Assembly: GCA_963726195.1 (NCBI GenBank)
Contig: CAVSBO010000004.1
Coordinates: 160,001 to 224,000, forward strand
DNA length: 64,000 nucleotides
Origin: Candidatus Thorarchaeota archaeon
GTDB lineage: Archaea > Asgardarchaeota > Thorarchaeia > Thorarchaeales > Thorarchaeaceae
Direction: 5' to 3'
Both the position numbers and the translations under genes were made by a program. Shown piece after piece: positions 1 to 9,342 of this stretch. How positions within the stretch are numbered: the first letter of the stretch is position 1; the number at the start of each line of letters is the position of its first letter. The notes beneath the pieces are model-generated. The model searched no databases. It worked only from the letters and a program-made list of their open reading frames with translations, and was not told the origin of the DNA.

Positions 1-364
1 GAAGGCTGTCGCAATGAAGGAGCGACTTGCTGTTCATCTTCCTGTGAGCGTCTACTTGGGTTGGATATCGCTGGCGACCATTGCAAACACCGCATCAGTG
101 CTTAATCTGCTGATTCCTGGAATACCTATCGACCTCCAAGTGTTCTGGACATCTGCAGTCATAGTCGTAGCTCTGTTGATCACATTGCTCATGATTGTGA
201 TGAGAAACGAGATTGCCTTCCCTCTGGTAGTCATATGGGCTTCAGTGGGTATTGCCATCAAGCAGATGATGTATCCGACAATCTTCGTGACTGCATTGTC
301 AGCAGCCGCAATAGTTGCTATTGCCACAGTTCTTTTCGCCCTTCTCCGCAGGCGCAAGAAGTAG
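1..364 (+). CDS. Membrane protein, TspO/tryptophan-rich sensory-like family (5' truncated by window edge)
   Basis: Frame is open upstream of 14; hydrophobic helices with VHLPVSVYLGWISLATIAN motif and a basic C-terminus. Confidence 0.55.
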   Translation, partial: KAVAMKERLAVHLPVSVYLGWISLATIANTASVLNLLIPGIPIDLQVFWTSAVIVVALLITLLMIVMRNEIAFPLVVIWASVGIAIKQMMYPTIFVTALSAAAIVAIATVLFALLRRRKK

Positions 365-514
365 AAACTCTTCTACGGCTTGCTCCTGTTTGGGAGTCCT
401 CTAGGCGCAAAAGCCTCACACTGGCAGCTTTGGAAGGTGCAATGCCTGCCAAGCTGCCAGCGGAGGCCAATGCTCAAGGTTAAGAAGACGGAGCGCATCT
501 CCGAAAGATTACCT

Positions 515-1814
515 ATGCTTGCCAAGGACCTAGCAACAGCAGTCGAAATCAAAGATCCGATTCACGGGTACGTAGGCATGACCCAAGTCGAGAAGGACAT
601 CTTGGACCTCAAGATATGTCAGAGACTGAGGCGCATATCGTATCCTGCATGTACACAACTTGTGTATCCCGGGGCGGAAATGACCGCGATGAGTCGCATG
701 CCCGGCAAGATGTATGTCACTCAAGTATTCTTCGAGAGCATAGGCGCTGACTCGAACGAAATCCAAGTGGCTCGGCTAGCATCAATGCTACTAACCCTGG
801 CCCACGGACCTTGGTCAAACGTGATGGAGGAGTACCTTGCAGCCAGAGGCATAGACCGCAGAAAGCTGGCGCATCTCATCCTTGAGAAGTCTCAGGTCTC
901 TGAGATTGTCAAAAGAAGCACGTACTCCGTGGACGAAATCAAGGCATCCATTGACAAGGGTGTTCAGGTTCGGGGATATCGCGTCGACCTTCTGACGATA
1001 CCAATCAATCCACATCTTGTCGATGGTCTAATGAGAGATGCATACTTCGCAGGAGTGAAGTATGCGCCTGTCGAGTTTCCTAGGCTGTTTACCCATTCGC
1101 GAATCCTGCGGGATCATCTCAGCTGTTGAACGCGGCGCCCTGTTTACATTGGAATCGTATCTCTCAGCAGGGGCAAATATGTTTGAGGCCCTATACTATC
1201 ACAAGGCTGTTAGGGCCGCGGAGCTCATGCTGCTTCGCATACTGGATGAGGCCGGGTCCCAGATTATCAAATCCCCTGCCGATGACCTCACATCATTTCT
1301 CGAATGCGATGACCTCACATTCTACGACATGCTTCTTACAGCCGCGCCTGGCTCATCGGAAGAGATGTCTATTGCCAGTCGTCTTTTCCAAGAGTACACT
1401 AAGAGATACCTGATCAAGATGGCAAGTTCTAGGGCTATCTCGGACCCTGAGTTCCTCAGCAAACTGTCTACGGTCGATGGCCAGTTCGAAATTGAAAGAG
1501 AGATTGCGGGCGACGCTGGGATAGATCCCATGTATGTATACATCGACTATCCCGACCGCTTGTCAGTGACCTACTATCCTGGCAAGTATCCGCTCGAGGG
1601 CCTCATGTTGTACGAGAGGGGGTCGAGTGGATTTGAGCTCTGGCCAGTCTTGGATATGAGTTCAGTAGCGCGCAGCTTGTCCAGGCAGCTAAAGACAGTT
1701 CGAATCTACACCACTCGCGGCTATCGTGCGAAGGTGAAGAAGTCTGGCGACAAAGTCCTCGAGAGTGTCGATACTGCGGGTGTTCGACTTAGAGATGAAA
1801 GGAAGCAACGTTGA
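515..1814 (+). CDS. HD-domain dNTP triphosphohydrolase (SAMHD1/COG1078-like) homolog, catalytic residues lost; split by 1-nt insertion at ~1121
   Basis: IKDPIHG...QRLRRI...LVYPGA, HGPWSN, LMRDAYFAG and LYYHKAVRAAE motifs; ORFs 380-1129 and 1062-1814 join as ...RDHL/AVERGA on removing one A. Confidence 0.8.
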
Positions 1815-1968
1815 CCAGATGTGTACAAAGTCCCCGGCATCACGCGCAATGCAGCACAGGCTCATTCAAACTGACGAGATTAGAAGTCCGGTCCGCCCAC
1901 GACAACCATATTAGTGTTTTTTCACCCTTTACTCTTGCCGTACCTTCACCGCGCCCGAGGTCGATCAT

Positions 1969-4245
1969 ATGTTCTCATGCAGAAGATGTAATGAGCCGCT
2001 GTATGTACGAAGTGCAGACCTTCACGACATGATTCTGACAATGGACGTACAGTGTCTCAACGGTCACAAAGGTGTAAGACGAGTAGCCGAGCACCAAGCA
2101 AAGGAAATGACAAGTGACCTGTTCAAGAAGATGTACGTCTGTCTTGAGTGCGGCCTCAGCATGAGTCTCATAGAATCACAGACTTCAGGCCTTAGGGTAT
2201 ACAGCACGTTTCTATGCCCGATTCACGGTCCGCAGAAGAGAGAGTACCCGCTTGCTTTTGCACCTTCAGTCGCTCTGGCGGGTGGTGACGTTGATGGTGC
2301 AAAGTCTATCATTGACTCATTCAGGTGCCCGCAGTGTGGACAAACATACGCCGTGAGCGAAATCTCAGAGCGACGTGGCATCCTTGAAATGATTTTACGA
2401 TGTCCGAACGGACACAGGGCGACAAGGTACATTCCGAGTTCATCAGAAGCTCCTCTCCTGAAGAGCATACTTCAGCGTGTTGCCTATTGTGATATCTGCG
2501 GTCTCCCGGGGGCTGTGTCACATATCGAAGAACGGCGAGATGTAGCCAGAGTGTATACATCATGCCCCGAGCACGGTCTCTTGAAGAAGGATGTTCCCAC
2601 GAGCGTGCTGGCAGCGCTCAAGGATGCTGTCGCGGACATACCACCAGATGCTATCGTAAGTGCCATGCTGATTTCTCGTTCTACCGGCAAGCATCTTGCT
2701 ATTCGCTCGGTCGAGGAATACCAAAGTGGCTACAGGTTCAGGTGCAGTGGCCCGAGCAATGGCCACTGCGTAGATCGAGTGGTTCCGATTGTGTGGACAG
2801 ATAGCGTGAAGGACCGAATAGCCACAGCTCTTCTTTCCTGTACTGATTGTGGCCTTCTTACGCACATTCTCGATGCCAGAGCTACTCGTCGAGGAGTTGA
2901 TTTTGATATCGTCTGCCCAATTCACGGAGTGCAGGAGCGGTCCGTACCCACAGACGTTTTCAAGTATGTCAAAGAGAGGGAACCCGGAATCGATCGTGAG
3001 CCCTCGATAGTCCGGAGCCTGACATGTCAGAGGTGCAATATGCCTCTAGTGCTGCGTGATGTTGAGAATCGCAGAGGGCTTTCCGAGTTTGACTTGGATT
3101 GTCGCAACGGCCATCGGACGAAGCGGTTTTTCGTACCCAACCTCGACCAAAAGATGCTGGTAAAGATGTATGTTCACCTCTACCAGTGTCCTGAGTGCTA
3201 TGAGCCTCTCGACCTTGTCTATGCAAAGGAATCTGGACGCGAGTCGCGAGTGGTGCTTCTGTGTCCGCTTCATGGCAAGCTTGTTCTTGATGTTCCGCCT
3301 GACCACGCGGAGGCGATGCGCGCAGCGTATACTGAGATTCAGGCCGAACGGGCAAGGCCGCCTGTTGAGGCACCTGAACCAGTGCCCGAGGTCCGCAGCG
3401 AGACATTTGTTCAGTCTATGGAAGAAACGGTTGGGCAAGTGAAAGTGGCACGCGGGTGTGACATAATCGGCGGCAAGTTCGACTACAAGGTCAAGGTGAA
3501 GAACGGAACAGGTTACGTCGTGACGAACGTAACCGTGAGCATAGTGGCTTTCCCGCAGGACTGTATGGAGATGGCGGGCGAGACAGTTAAGTCGATACCT
3601 AGGATAGAGGTAGGCGGTTTTCGCAGCCCCCAGTTCACTCTGTTTCCAACAAAAGACTGCGTTCAGGGCAAGGTTGTTGCCACTGTCTCGTACATCGACT
3701 TCCGTGACCAGCTACATACGACACAAGTTGAACCCTACATAATCCGGTCTGTCTGTGACTTGTTGAAGCCCTCCGAGAAGACATCGAAGGAGTTCGACCT
3801 GCTGCTAACCAATCTAACCAAGACTAATCAGGAACAGACCATGGAATGGAATGCACGCATACTCTTCACTAAGGCCGAGAAGCTTCTGCCCGCAAAGAAC
3901 TTCCATATAGTCGACGCTGACGAGAAAGTTGTGAACGGAGAGTTCATCGGAACAATCAGGGGCTACGCAGAGGGCAAGTACACTGGCAAGAAGGTCGCAG
4001 TCATATTCTTGATCAGCGGTTCAGATACTGGAAGGCAGGCACAGGTCAAGGTTGATGCACTTGGCGAGGATGTGGCGATGCTGCCAATCACTATCGATGA
4101 GCTCGCCGAAAGCATGGATTCATGGATTTGCCTCAGATGCGGCGCACCTTTCGATGCGGAGCAGGTACAAGCTTTGGAAGAAAGAAAGCCCGTGAGTTGC
4201 AGGTATTGCTCTCATACCCTGACAATCGGACTGTATCTTCAGTAG
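1969..4245 (+). CDS. Multi-zinc-module protein (8 CxxC..CxNGH/CPxHG units) with C-terminal Ig-like + platform (adaptin/coatomer appendage-like) domain and terminal Zn ribbon
   Basis: 758-aa ORF; repeats visible directly; appendage call by motif resemblance only. Confidence 0.7.
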   Translation: MFSCRRCNEPLYVRSADLHDMILTMDVQCLNGHKGVRRVAEHQAKEMTSDLFKKMYVCLECGLSMSLIESQTSGLRVYSTFLCPIHGPQKREYPLAFAPSVALAGGDVDGAKSIIDSFRCPQCGQTYAVSEISERRGILEMILRCPNGHRATRYIPSSSEAPLLKSILQRVAYCDICGLPGAVSHIEERRDVARVYTSCPEHGLLKKDVPTSVLAALKDAVADIPPDAIVSAMLISRSTGKHLAIRSVEEYQSGYRFRCSGPSNGHCVDRVVPIVWTDSVKDRIATALLSCTDCGLLTHILDARATRRGVDFDIVCPIHGVQERSVPTDVFKYVKEREPGIDREPSIVRSLTCQRCNMPLVLRDVENRRGLSEFDLDCRNGHRTKRFFVPNLDQKMLVKMYVHLYQCPECYEPLDLVYAKESGRESRVVLLCPLHGKLVLDVPPDHAEAMRAAYTEIQAERARPPVEAPEPVPEVRSETFVQSMEETVGQVKVARGCDIIGGKFDYKVKVKNGTGYVVTNVTVSIVAFPQDCMEMAGETVKSIPRIEVGGFRSPQFTLFPTKDCVQGKVVATVSYIDFRDQLHTTQVEPYIIRSVCDLLKPSEKTSKEFDLLLTNLTKTNQEQTMEWNARILFTKAEKLLPAKNFHIVDADEKVVNGEFIGTIRGYAEGKYTGKKVAVIFLISGSDTGRQAQVKVDALGEDVAMLPITIDELAESMDSWICLRCGAPFDAEQVQALEERKPVSCRYCSHTLTIGLYLQ

Positions 4246-4300
4246 GTTTCAAGCAGCACGAAGAGCATTCAGCACGTAGGCTAGGTTCGACGGAGTAGTG

Positions 4301-4885
4301 CTATTCGTTCTCTGCCGCATTCGGACCTTTCCATTCAATTGTTGGTCTAGCAATGACCTGCATGTGGACCAGGATGCGATCAACAATGGAGTCCACGAGT
4401 TCTTCGACGGTATCAGGTCTGTGCCAAAACGCAGGGCTCGCTGGCAGGACAATCGCACCAGCTTCTGTCACCAGTTCCATGTTGCGGATATGGATGAGAT
4501 TCAATGGGGTCTCCCGGGGAACGAGCACGAGGGTTCTCCTTTCTTTTAGGCAGCAATCCGCAGCCCTTGTTATGAGATTGTCAGCGTACCCGTGAGCAAT
4601 GCCTGCGAGAGTCTTCATAGAGCATGGTACAATTGCCATCGAGTCTAGGTGGAAGCTTCCACTGGCGGGGCCAGCTGACAGGTCGTTCTCGTCATAGACG
4701 GTATCAACCTCCGCGGCCAGTTGCTCTCCCGTTATGCCGGTTTCGTGCATAAGCGTGTCGGCACCCCACTTGCTTACAACCAAGTGCACCTCATGTCCCA
4801 TGTGCTTCAGTGCCCTTACGAGTCTGAGACCATAAATCGACCCGCTCGCTCCTGTAATGCAGACAAGTACTCGCTTCTTGTTCAA
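4301..4885 (-). CDS. ubiX: Flavin prenyltransferase UbiX
   Basis: ITGASGSIYG, PCSMKTLAGIAHG, RETPL, PAFWHRP motifs. Confidence 0.95.
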   Translation of the reverse strand: MNKKRVLVCITGASGSIYGLRLVRALKHMGHEVHLVVSKWGADTLMHETGITGEQLAAEVDTVYDENDLSAGPASGSFHLDSMAIVPCSMKTLAGIAHGYADNLITRAADCCLKERRTLVLVPRETPLNLIHIRNMELVTEAGAIVLPASPAFWHRPDTVEELVDSIVDRILVHMQVIARPTIEWKGPNAAENE

Positions 4886-4971
4886 CTATCGCACCCGCAA
4901 AGATACCGAATCTATCCACGATGGTACATTAATACTTCGGGTTGAGCCATCCAAGAGGCATGTTCGTTTTC

Positions 4972-6834
4972 TCACCATATTAGGAATGTGAGAAGAGCAG
5001 ACAGAAGAATCGTCAACCCAGCAGATAGGATGCCAACACGTTTAGCGATGTGACCGGCCTCGGAAACATCTTCCATGAGAGTGTCATAGCCTTTCACTCC
5101 GTAGGTCATCAGTCCCTTAGCTTCTCCGAAGTTCAAGCCTGCCTTGACGGGCTTGAGCCTTTCTCTGGCCTTGATAGCGGCGTCGAGTATGTTGCCAAGC
5201 GCCTCGGCTGCCTTCAATCTGCCAACTGGAGGATATCCCTTACTGGAGAGCGTCACTGCATTGACGATGTGGGTGTCCGTCGTCATGAGCTCGGCTTGGT
5301 CAAACCCTTGTGCTTTCAGCTGCGCAATCGCCTTCTCTCTGAATCCCGGTTCCATGTTGTTTCCGTCAATCGATAAGAGGGCAGTTTCATGTGACGCTGT
5401 CTTGATGACAAGTGCCACTATGCCGCCGGGCCCTATTCCGTCCTTGACTCCCACATTGCTTGGAACAATCCGACAAGCACCGACGTTAATGCGTTCACGG
5501 GGTCTGCCAACAGTTGATGAGACTGCGTTGGACACGGCCTTGACGAAGTCTGCAGCTTGAGGATCTCCGGGCATCAAGGAGACCGCGTCATTGCTTATGC
5601 AGTTGTGTGCATCAACGATTGCAACGCCGGCAAGCTTCGGAACCTGACTTCGTGCCATCTTGGCCGCCTCGCGGCCAACCTCAATGAAGATGTCATCAGT
5701 GAACTCGGGAGCACTCGTCGTGATTGTGAGAGCACCGTCGCCAATGAATGTGGTCCAAACCTTGAATTTTCCATTGGCTGACCAGTGTGGTCCAGACACG
5801 GAGTCCGCAACAGACGTAGAGTCAATGAGCTCATCGATCTTTGCCAAGACCTTTGGGAACTCGTCTTTTGTGGCAAGGTTCTCGTGGTGCATACAGCTGC
5901 CGTGCATCACGAATGCAGGGACGGAGTACTTGGAATCGATGTGGTCAATAATCGTCGAAGTAAGCATACTGCTGCCGACATTTCTGAATGGTCCCGGGTG
6001 CACATAGAGAACTATTCCTACGGCGACGAGGCCTTGGTTGTCCCTGAAGACCATAGTCTCGACAGGAACATCCTGTGGAGTCGCAATCGTGCCGACAATC
6101 CTGTCAAAGGGTTCCGGATTGTCCGACAAATATGAATGGGCGAACCCGCGAAGCAGCTGAGGTCCATCAACACCGAGGTCGCGCTTGAAGGGTTTGCTGA
6201 CAGAATGGAAAATCGTCAGAATGGCCGCGGAGAGAAGCAAAACTGTAGCTGCGAATGAGATCATCCAGAACTGCGGCAGTTGAAACACAAGTTGTCCTGA
6301 GTAGCTCAGCACAATCGCAATGACGAACCAAAGTAGGGGCGGAATTATCGCTGCAGCCAAGTTCCGTGAGGCTCGTCGACCGGTCAGTCCATTGAGGATG
6401 AAGGCTGACACCATATAGGTCAAACCCGCGCCCAGCATCCAAAACCTCATTTCAAAAGAGCTGCCTCCGGTCAAGAAGTCAAGAAAGCCTCCGACTGTGC
6501 CCAGTGCCAACCAGAAGAGAACCCCAAACTCAATCATGCCAAAGACTCTTCTATGGTCGAGAGGGGCACCCTTCTTCCTTGTCACGAGATAGACTAGTTC
6601 GGTTCCTACGAATATGGGGATTACTAAGAGCAGGACATAACGCAAGAAGGTCCAAGTCAGGGACAAGCCCGGAGAACCAGCCGTTCTGAAGACCGAGAGA
6701 AAGAATGAGCAAACGAGAATGGACAGGGTCATTAGAATGACCATGTTTCGATACCGTGGCAGCTTCCACATCCTGTTGTAGAGCTTCTGTGTTTCCCTTA
6801 CGTTAGCCTTCTCACCCAATTCGAGTCCCACCAA
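4972..6834 (-). CDS. DUF2070 family membrane protein
   Basis: N-terminal TM region; VHPGPFRNVGSS, VDAHNC, DGNNM, TTDTH motifs. Confidence 0.8.
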   Translation of the reverse strand: MVGLELGEKANVRETQKLYNRMWKLPRYRNMVILMTLSILVCSFFLSVFRTAGSPGLSLTWTFLRYVLLLVIPIFVGTELVYLVTRKKGAPLDHRRVFGMIEFGVLFWLALGTVGGFLDFLTGGSSFEMRFWMLGAGLTYMVSAFILNGLTGRRASRNLAAAIIPPLLWFVIAIVLSYSGQLVFQLPQFWMISFAATVLLLSAAILTIFHSVSKPFKRDLGVDGPQLLRGFAHSYLSDNPEPFDRIVGTIATPQDVPVETMVFRDNQGLVAVGIVLYVHPGPFRNVGSSMLTSTIIDHIDSKYSVPAFVMHGSCMHHENLATKDEFPKVLAKIDELIDSTSVADSVSGPHWSANGKFKVWTTFIGDGALTITTSAPEFTDDIFIEVGREAAKMARSQVPKLAGVAIVDAHNCISNDAVSLMPGDPQAADFVKAVSNAVSSTVGRPRERINVGACRIVPSNVGVKDGIGPGGIVALVIKTASHETALLSIDGNNMEPGFREKAIAQLKAQGFDQAELMTTDTHIVNAVTLSSKGYPPVGRLKAAEALGNILDAAIKARERLKPVKAGLNFGEAKGLMTYGVKGYDTLMEDVSEAGHIAKRVGILSAGLTILLSALLTFLIW

Positions 6835-6911
6835 TGCTTTCAGTCGTGGCCCATTGCCTGTCTTATGAACTTGCGCTTAGTGGGCATTTCATAGTTCCTC
6901 AAACCGAATGC

Positions 6912-6940
6912 TTTTATCGTGTTCGATATCGCGTCCGATA
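6912..6940. promoter_or_regulatory. TATA box overlapped by two tandem TATCG-N4-CGATA palindromes (putative PadR operator)
   Basis: TTTTAT at 6912-6917; TATCGtgttCGATA at 6915-6928 and TATCGcgtcCGATA at 6927-6940, just upstream of the PadR gene. Confidence 0.65.
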
Positions 6941-6959
6941 GAATTCGGGGAATCGTCGT

Positions 6960-7511
6960 ATGAGTGCGCGTTCAACTACCAAGCAGCGAGAAGAGATTGA
7001 GGAGATCCAGTCGGTCCCAAGAGGTCTTCTCAGATTCCTGATACTAAAGATGCTTGATTCGCAGGAGATGAATGGCACTCAGATAATGAGCACATTCGAA
7101 GAGAGGAGCGGTGGGATGTGGAAACCCAGCTGCGGGTCAGTCTATCCGATTCTTGGGAACATGGAACAGAAAGGTATGATTAGACCAGTTAGCAGCGATG
7201 GACGCAGCAAGACCTACCAGCTATCAGACAAAGGCCGCGCCGTTGTGAAAAAAGTGGAGGCGCGAATGCAGCTCTTTGAGAGCAAGGCATTGTTTGGTCC
7301 TCGATTCTGGTTCTCCATGATGGACCCGGCTGAGAGGGCAGCTGCCTATCTTGCAATCGTCTCTGGCATCGTGGATGGCCTACCCGAAACACTGGAATCG
7401 CTTCAAGGTGACGATCGTGAGAAGTACTTGAAGCGGCTCGAAGAAATCGTAGAGAATCTCAAATCTTTGACCAGGAATCTTAGAAACGGAGGCTCGAGTG
7501 TTGGCCAATAA
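6960..7511 (+). CDS. PadR family transcriptional regulator
   Basis: GLLRFLILKML...WKPSCGSVYPIL...KTYQLSDKG winged helix. Confidence 0.9.
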   Translation: MSARSTTKQREEIEEIQSVPRGLLRFLILKMLDSQEMNGTQIMSTFEERSGGMWKPSCGSVYPILGNMEQKGMIRPVSSDGRSKTYQLSDKGRAVVKKVEARMQLFESKALFGPRFWFSMMDPAERAAAYLAIVSGIVDGLPETLESLQGDDREKYLKRLEEIVENLKSLTRNLRNGGSSVGQ

Positions 7512-9342
7512 CAGTACAACGAAGCATAGGTCTGCATCCCGGTATATGCTGGCCGGCCTTATCAGAAGACCCTGGATAATAACAGGGGCCACTATTCTGA
7601 CTCTAATTTCCTCGTTCCTCACGGTCTTGCCTATGGTGGTCGTAGGCTCAGCCGTCGATGAGCTTTCGAGCTCAAATGCCATTACGCTTCGATTCATACA
7701 GATGTGCTGGTTGATAGTGGGCTTGGGTGTCGCCTACTTAGTGCTCTTCTTTGTCGTAGGGTACGCCTGGGCAATAGTGACTCTAGGTTGGGAGCGAGAC
7801 GCTAGACAGGAGTTCATCGAAGCGCTCCAGAACTATAGCATGGCATTTCATGATGAGGTTGATAGCAAGAGGATGCTGTCGGTCGCCATGCAAGACATTA
7901 CCTGGGTCCGATTCTCTCTGAGCCCTGCTCTGAGAAGCTTCATCTCTGCTCTTGCGTCGTTCATTCTTACAGGAATCATCGTCGCGAATCTGGATACTAG
8001 TTTGAGTCCGTTCTACTTCCTTGGATACCCCCTTCATGTGTTCACACTTATCATAATCGTGGGCATACCGCTGTACCTTGTCTTTGCATACCGCTATGCC
8101 AACAGGGTGGCGCCTGTCCGCAAAGCGAAGTCAGAGAAAATGGAGGAGCTGACGTCGATTTCTCAGGGAGCCTTCCAAGGTATCGAGGTGGTGAGAACGT
8201 TTGCCGGTGAGGATCGAGAGAACGCAAAGTTCAGGGATATCAGCAAAGGCTACGAGAGCATAAGCACTCGTGAGGGGCGCTTGGCTGCATTCTACACTCC
8301 TATCTTAATCCAGATATTCATGACAATCTCAGCCTTCCTGTATGGGAGCTATGCTCTTCTCCTTCACCAAGTATCTGTAGGCACCCTCATTGAAGTGCTC
8401 GGATTGCTAGTTGCTCTGGAAGGTGTGAGTTACATGCTTCCACAGAACCTGCTAATGATTCGTGGTGGTTATGTCAATGCTCAAAGAATAGTCAACATTC
8501 TGGGCTGGAGGGACCCACTAAACGAGCCTGAAAACGAAGAACCAGAAGTGAACTGGAAAGGCGACATTGTCTTTGAGAATGTGAGCTTTGCATACGGACG
8601 TGGAACCCTTCAAGGAGAGAGCTATGCGCTTAGGAACCTCAACCTGACAATCCCAAGCGGGTCAAGGGTCGCACTGATTGGGAGCCCAGGGAGCGGCAAG
8701 AGCACAGTCCTCAAGCTTCTCCTTCGCTTCTACGATCCAACCGAAGGTAGAATCAGTGTGGGCGGTGTCGACCTTAAGGACGTAAGCACGAAGACAATCC
8801 GCTCACATGTTGGAATGGTCGAACAGGATGTCTTTCTATTCATGGCGAGCGTCAAGGATAACATAGCCTTCGGTCGGACTGATGCTTCCATGGAAGAGAT
8901 TCAGGATGCAGCCAGAAGAGCCCAAGCGGAAGAGTTCATTCTTCAGATGCCCCAAGCATACGACACGGTCATCGGAGAACGCGGCATGACACTCAGCGGA
9001 GGTCAAAGGCAGAGACTTGCTATCGCGAGAGCGATAATCCACAACCCTGAGATATTGCTGCTCGATGACTCAGTGAGCGCTGTTGATGCTCGAACTGAGT
9101 ATCTGATGAGGAAAGCACTAAACGAAGTCATGACTGACAGAACTAGCATAACAGTCACTCAGAGGCTACGCACTCTCGTCGAGTCGGATCTGATTCTCAT
9201 TTTGGATAAGGGAACACTGATTGGCGCTGGTACCCATGCCCAGCTGTTGAAGTCGTCAGAAAACTACCGCCGAATCTTCGAACGCCTGCCGGGCGCAGCG
9301 GCCATCATAAAGCCCCCAAGGGCACGCAGAGGTGTCAAGTGA
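7498..9342 (+). CDS. Heterodimeric ABC exporter subunit 1 (TMD+NBD, degenerate site)
   Basis: GSPGSGKS, LSGGQRQR; Walker B LLLDD (D for E) and TQR in place of the H-loop. Confidence 0.9.
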   Translation: MLANNSTTKHRSASRYMLAGLIRRPWIITGATILTLISSFLTVLPMVVVGSAVDELSSSNAITLRFIQMCWLIVGLGVAYLVLFFVVGYAWAIVTLGWERDARQEFIEALQNYSMAFHDEVDSKRMLSVAMQDITWVRFSLSPALRSFISALASFILTGIIVANLDTSLSPFYFLGYPLHVFTLIIIVGIPLYLVFAYRYANRVAPVRKAKSEKMEELTSISQGAFQGIEVVRTFAGEDRENAKFRDISKGYESISTREGRLAAFYTPILIQIFMTISAFLYGSYALLLHQVSVGTLIEVLGLLVALEGVSYMLPQNLLMIRGGYVNAQRIVNILGWRDPLNEPENEEPEVNWKGDIVFENVSFAYGRGTLQGESYALRNLNLTIPSGSRVALIGSPGSGKSTVLKLLLRFYDPTEGRISVGGVDLKDVSTKTIRSHVGMVEQDVFLFMASVKDNIAFGRTDASMEEIQDAARRAQAEEFILQMPQAYDTVIGERGMTLSGGQRQRLAIARAIIHNPEILLLDDSVSAVDARTEYLMRKALNEVMTDRTSITVTQRLRTLVESDLILILDKGTLIGAGTHAQLLKSSENYRRIFERLPGAAAIIKPPRARRGVK

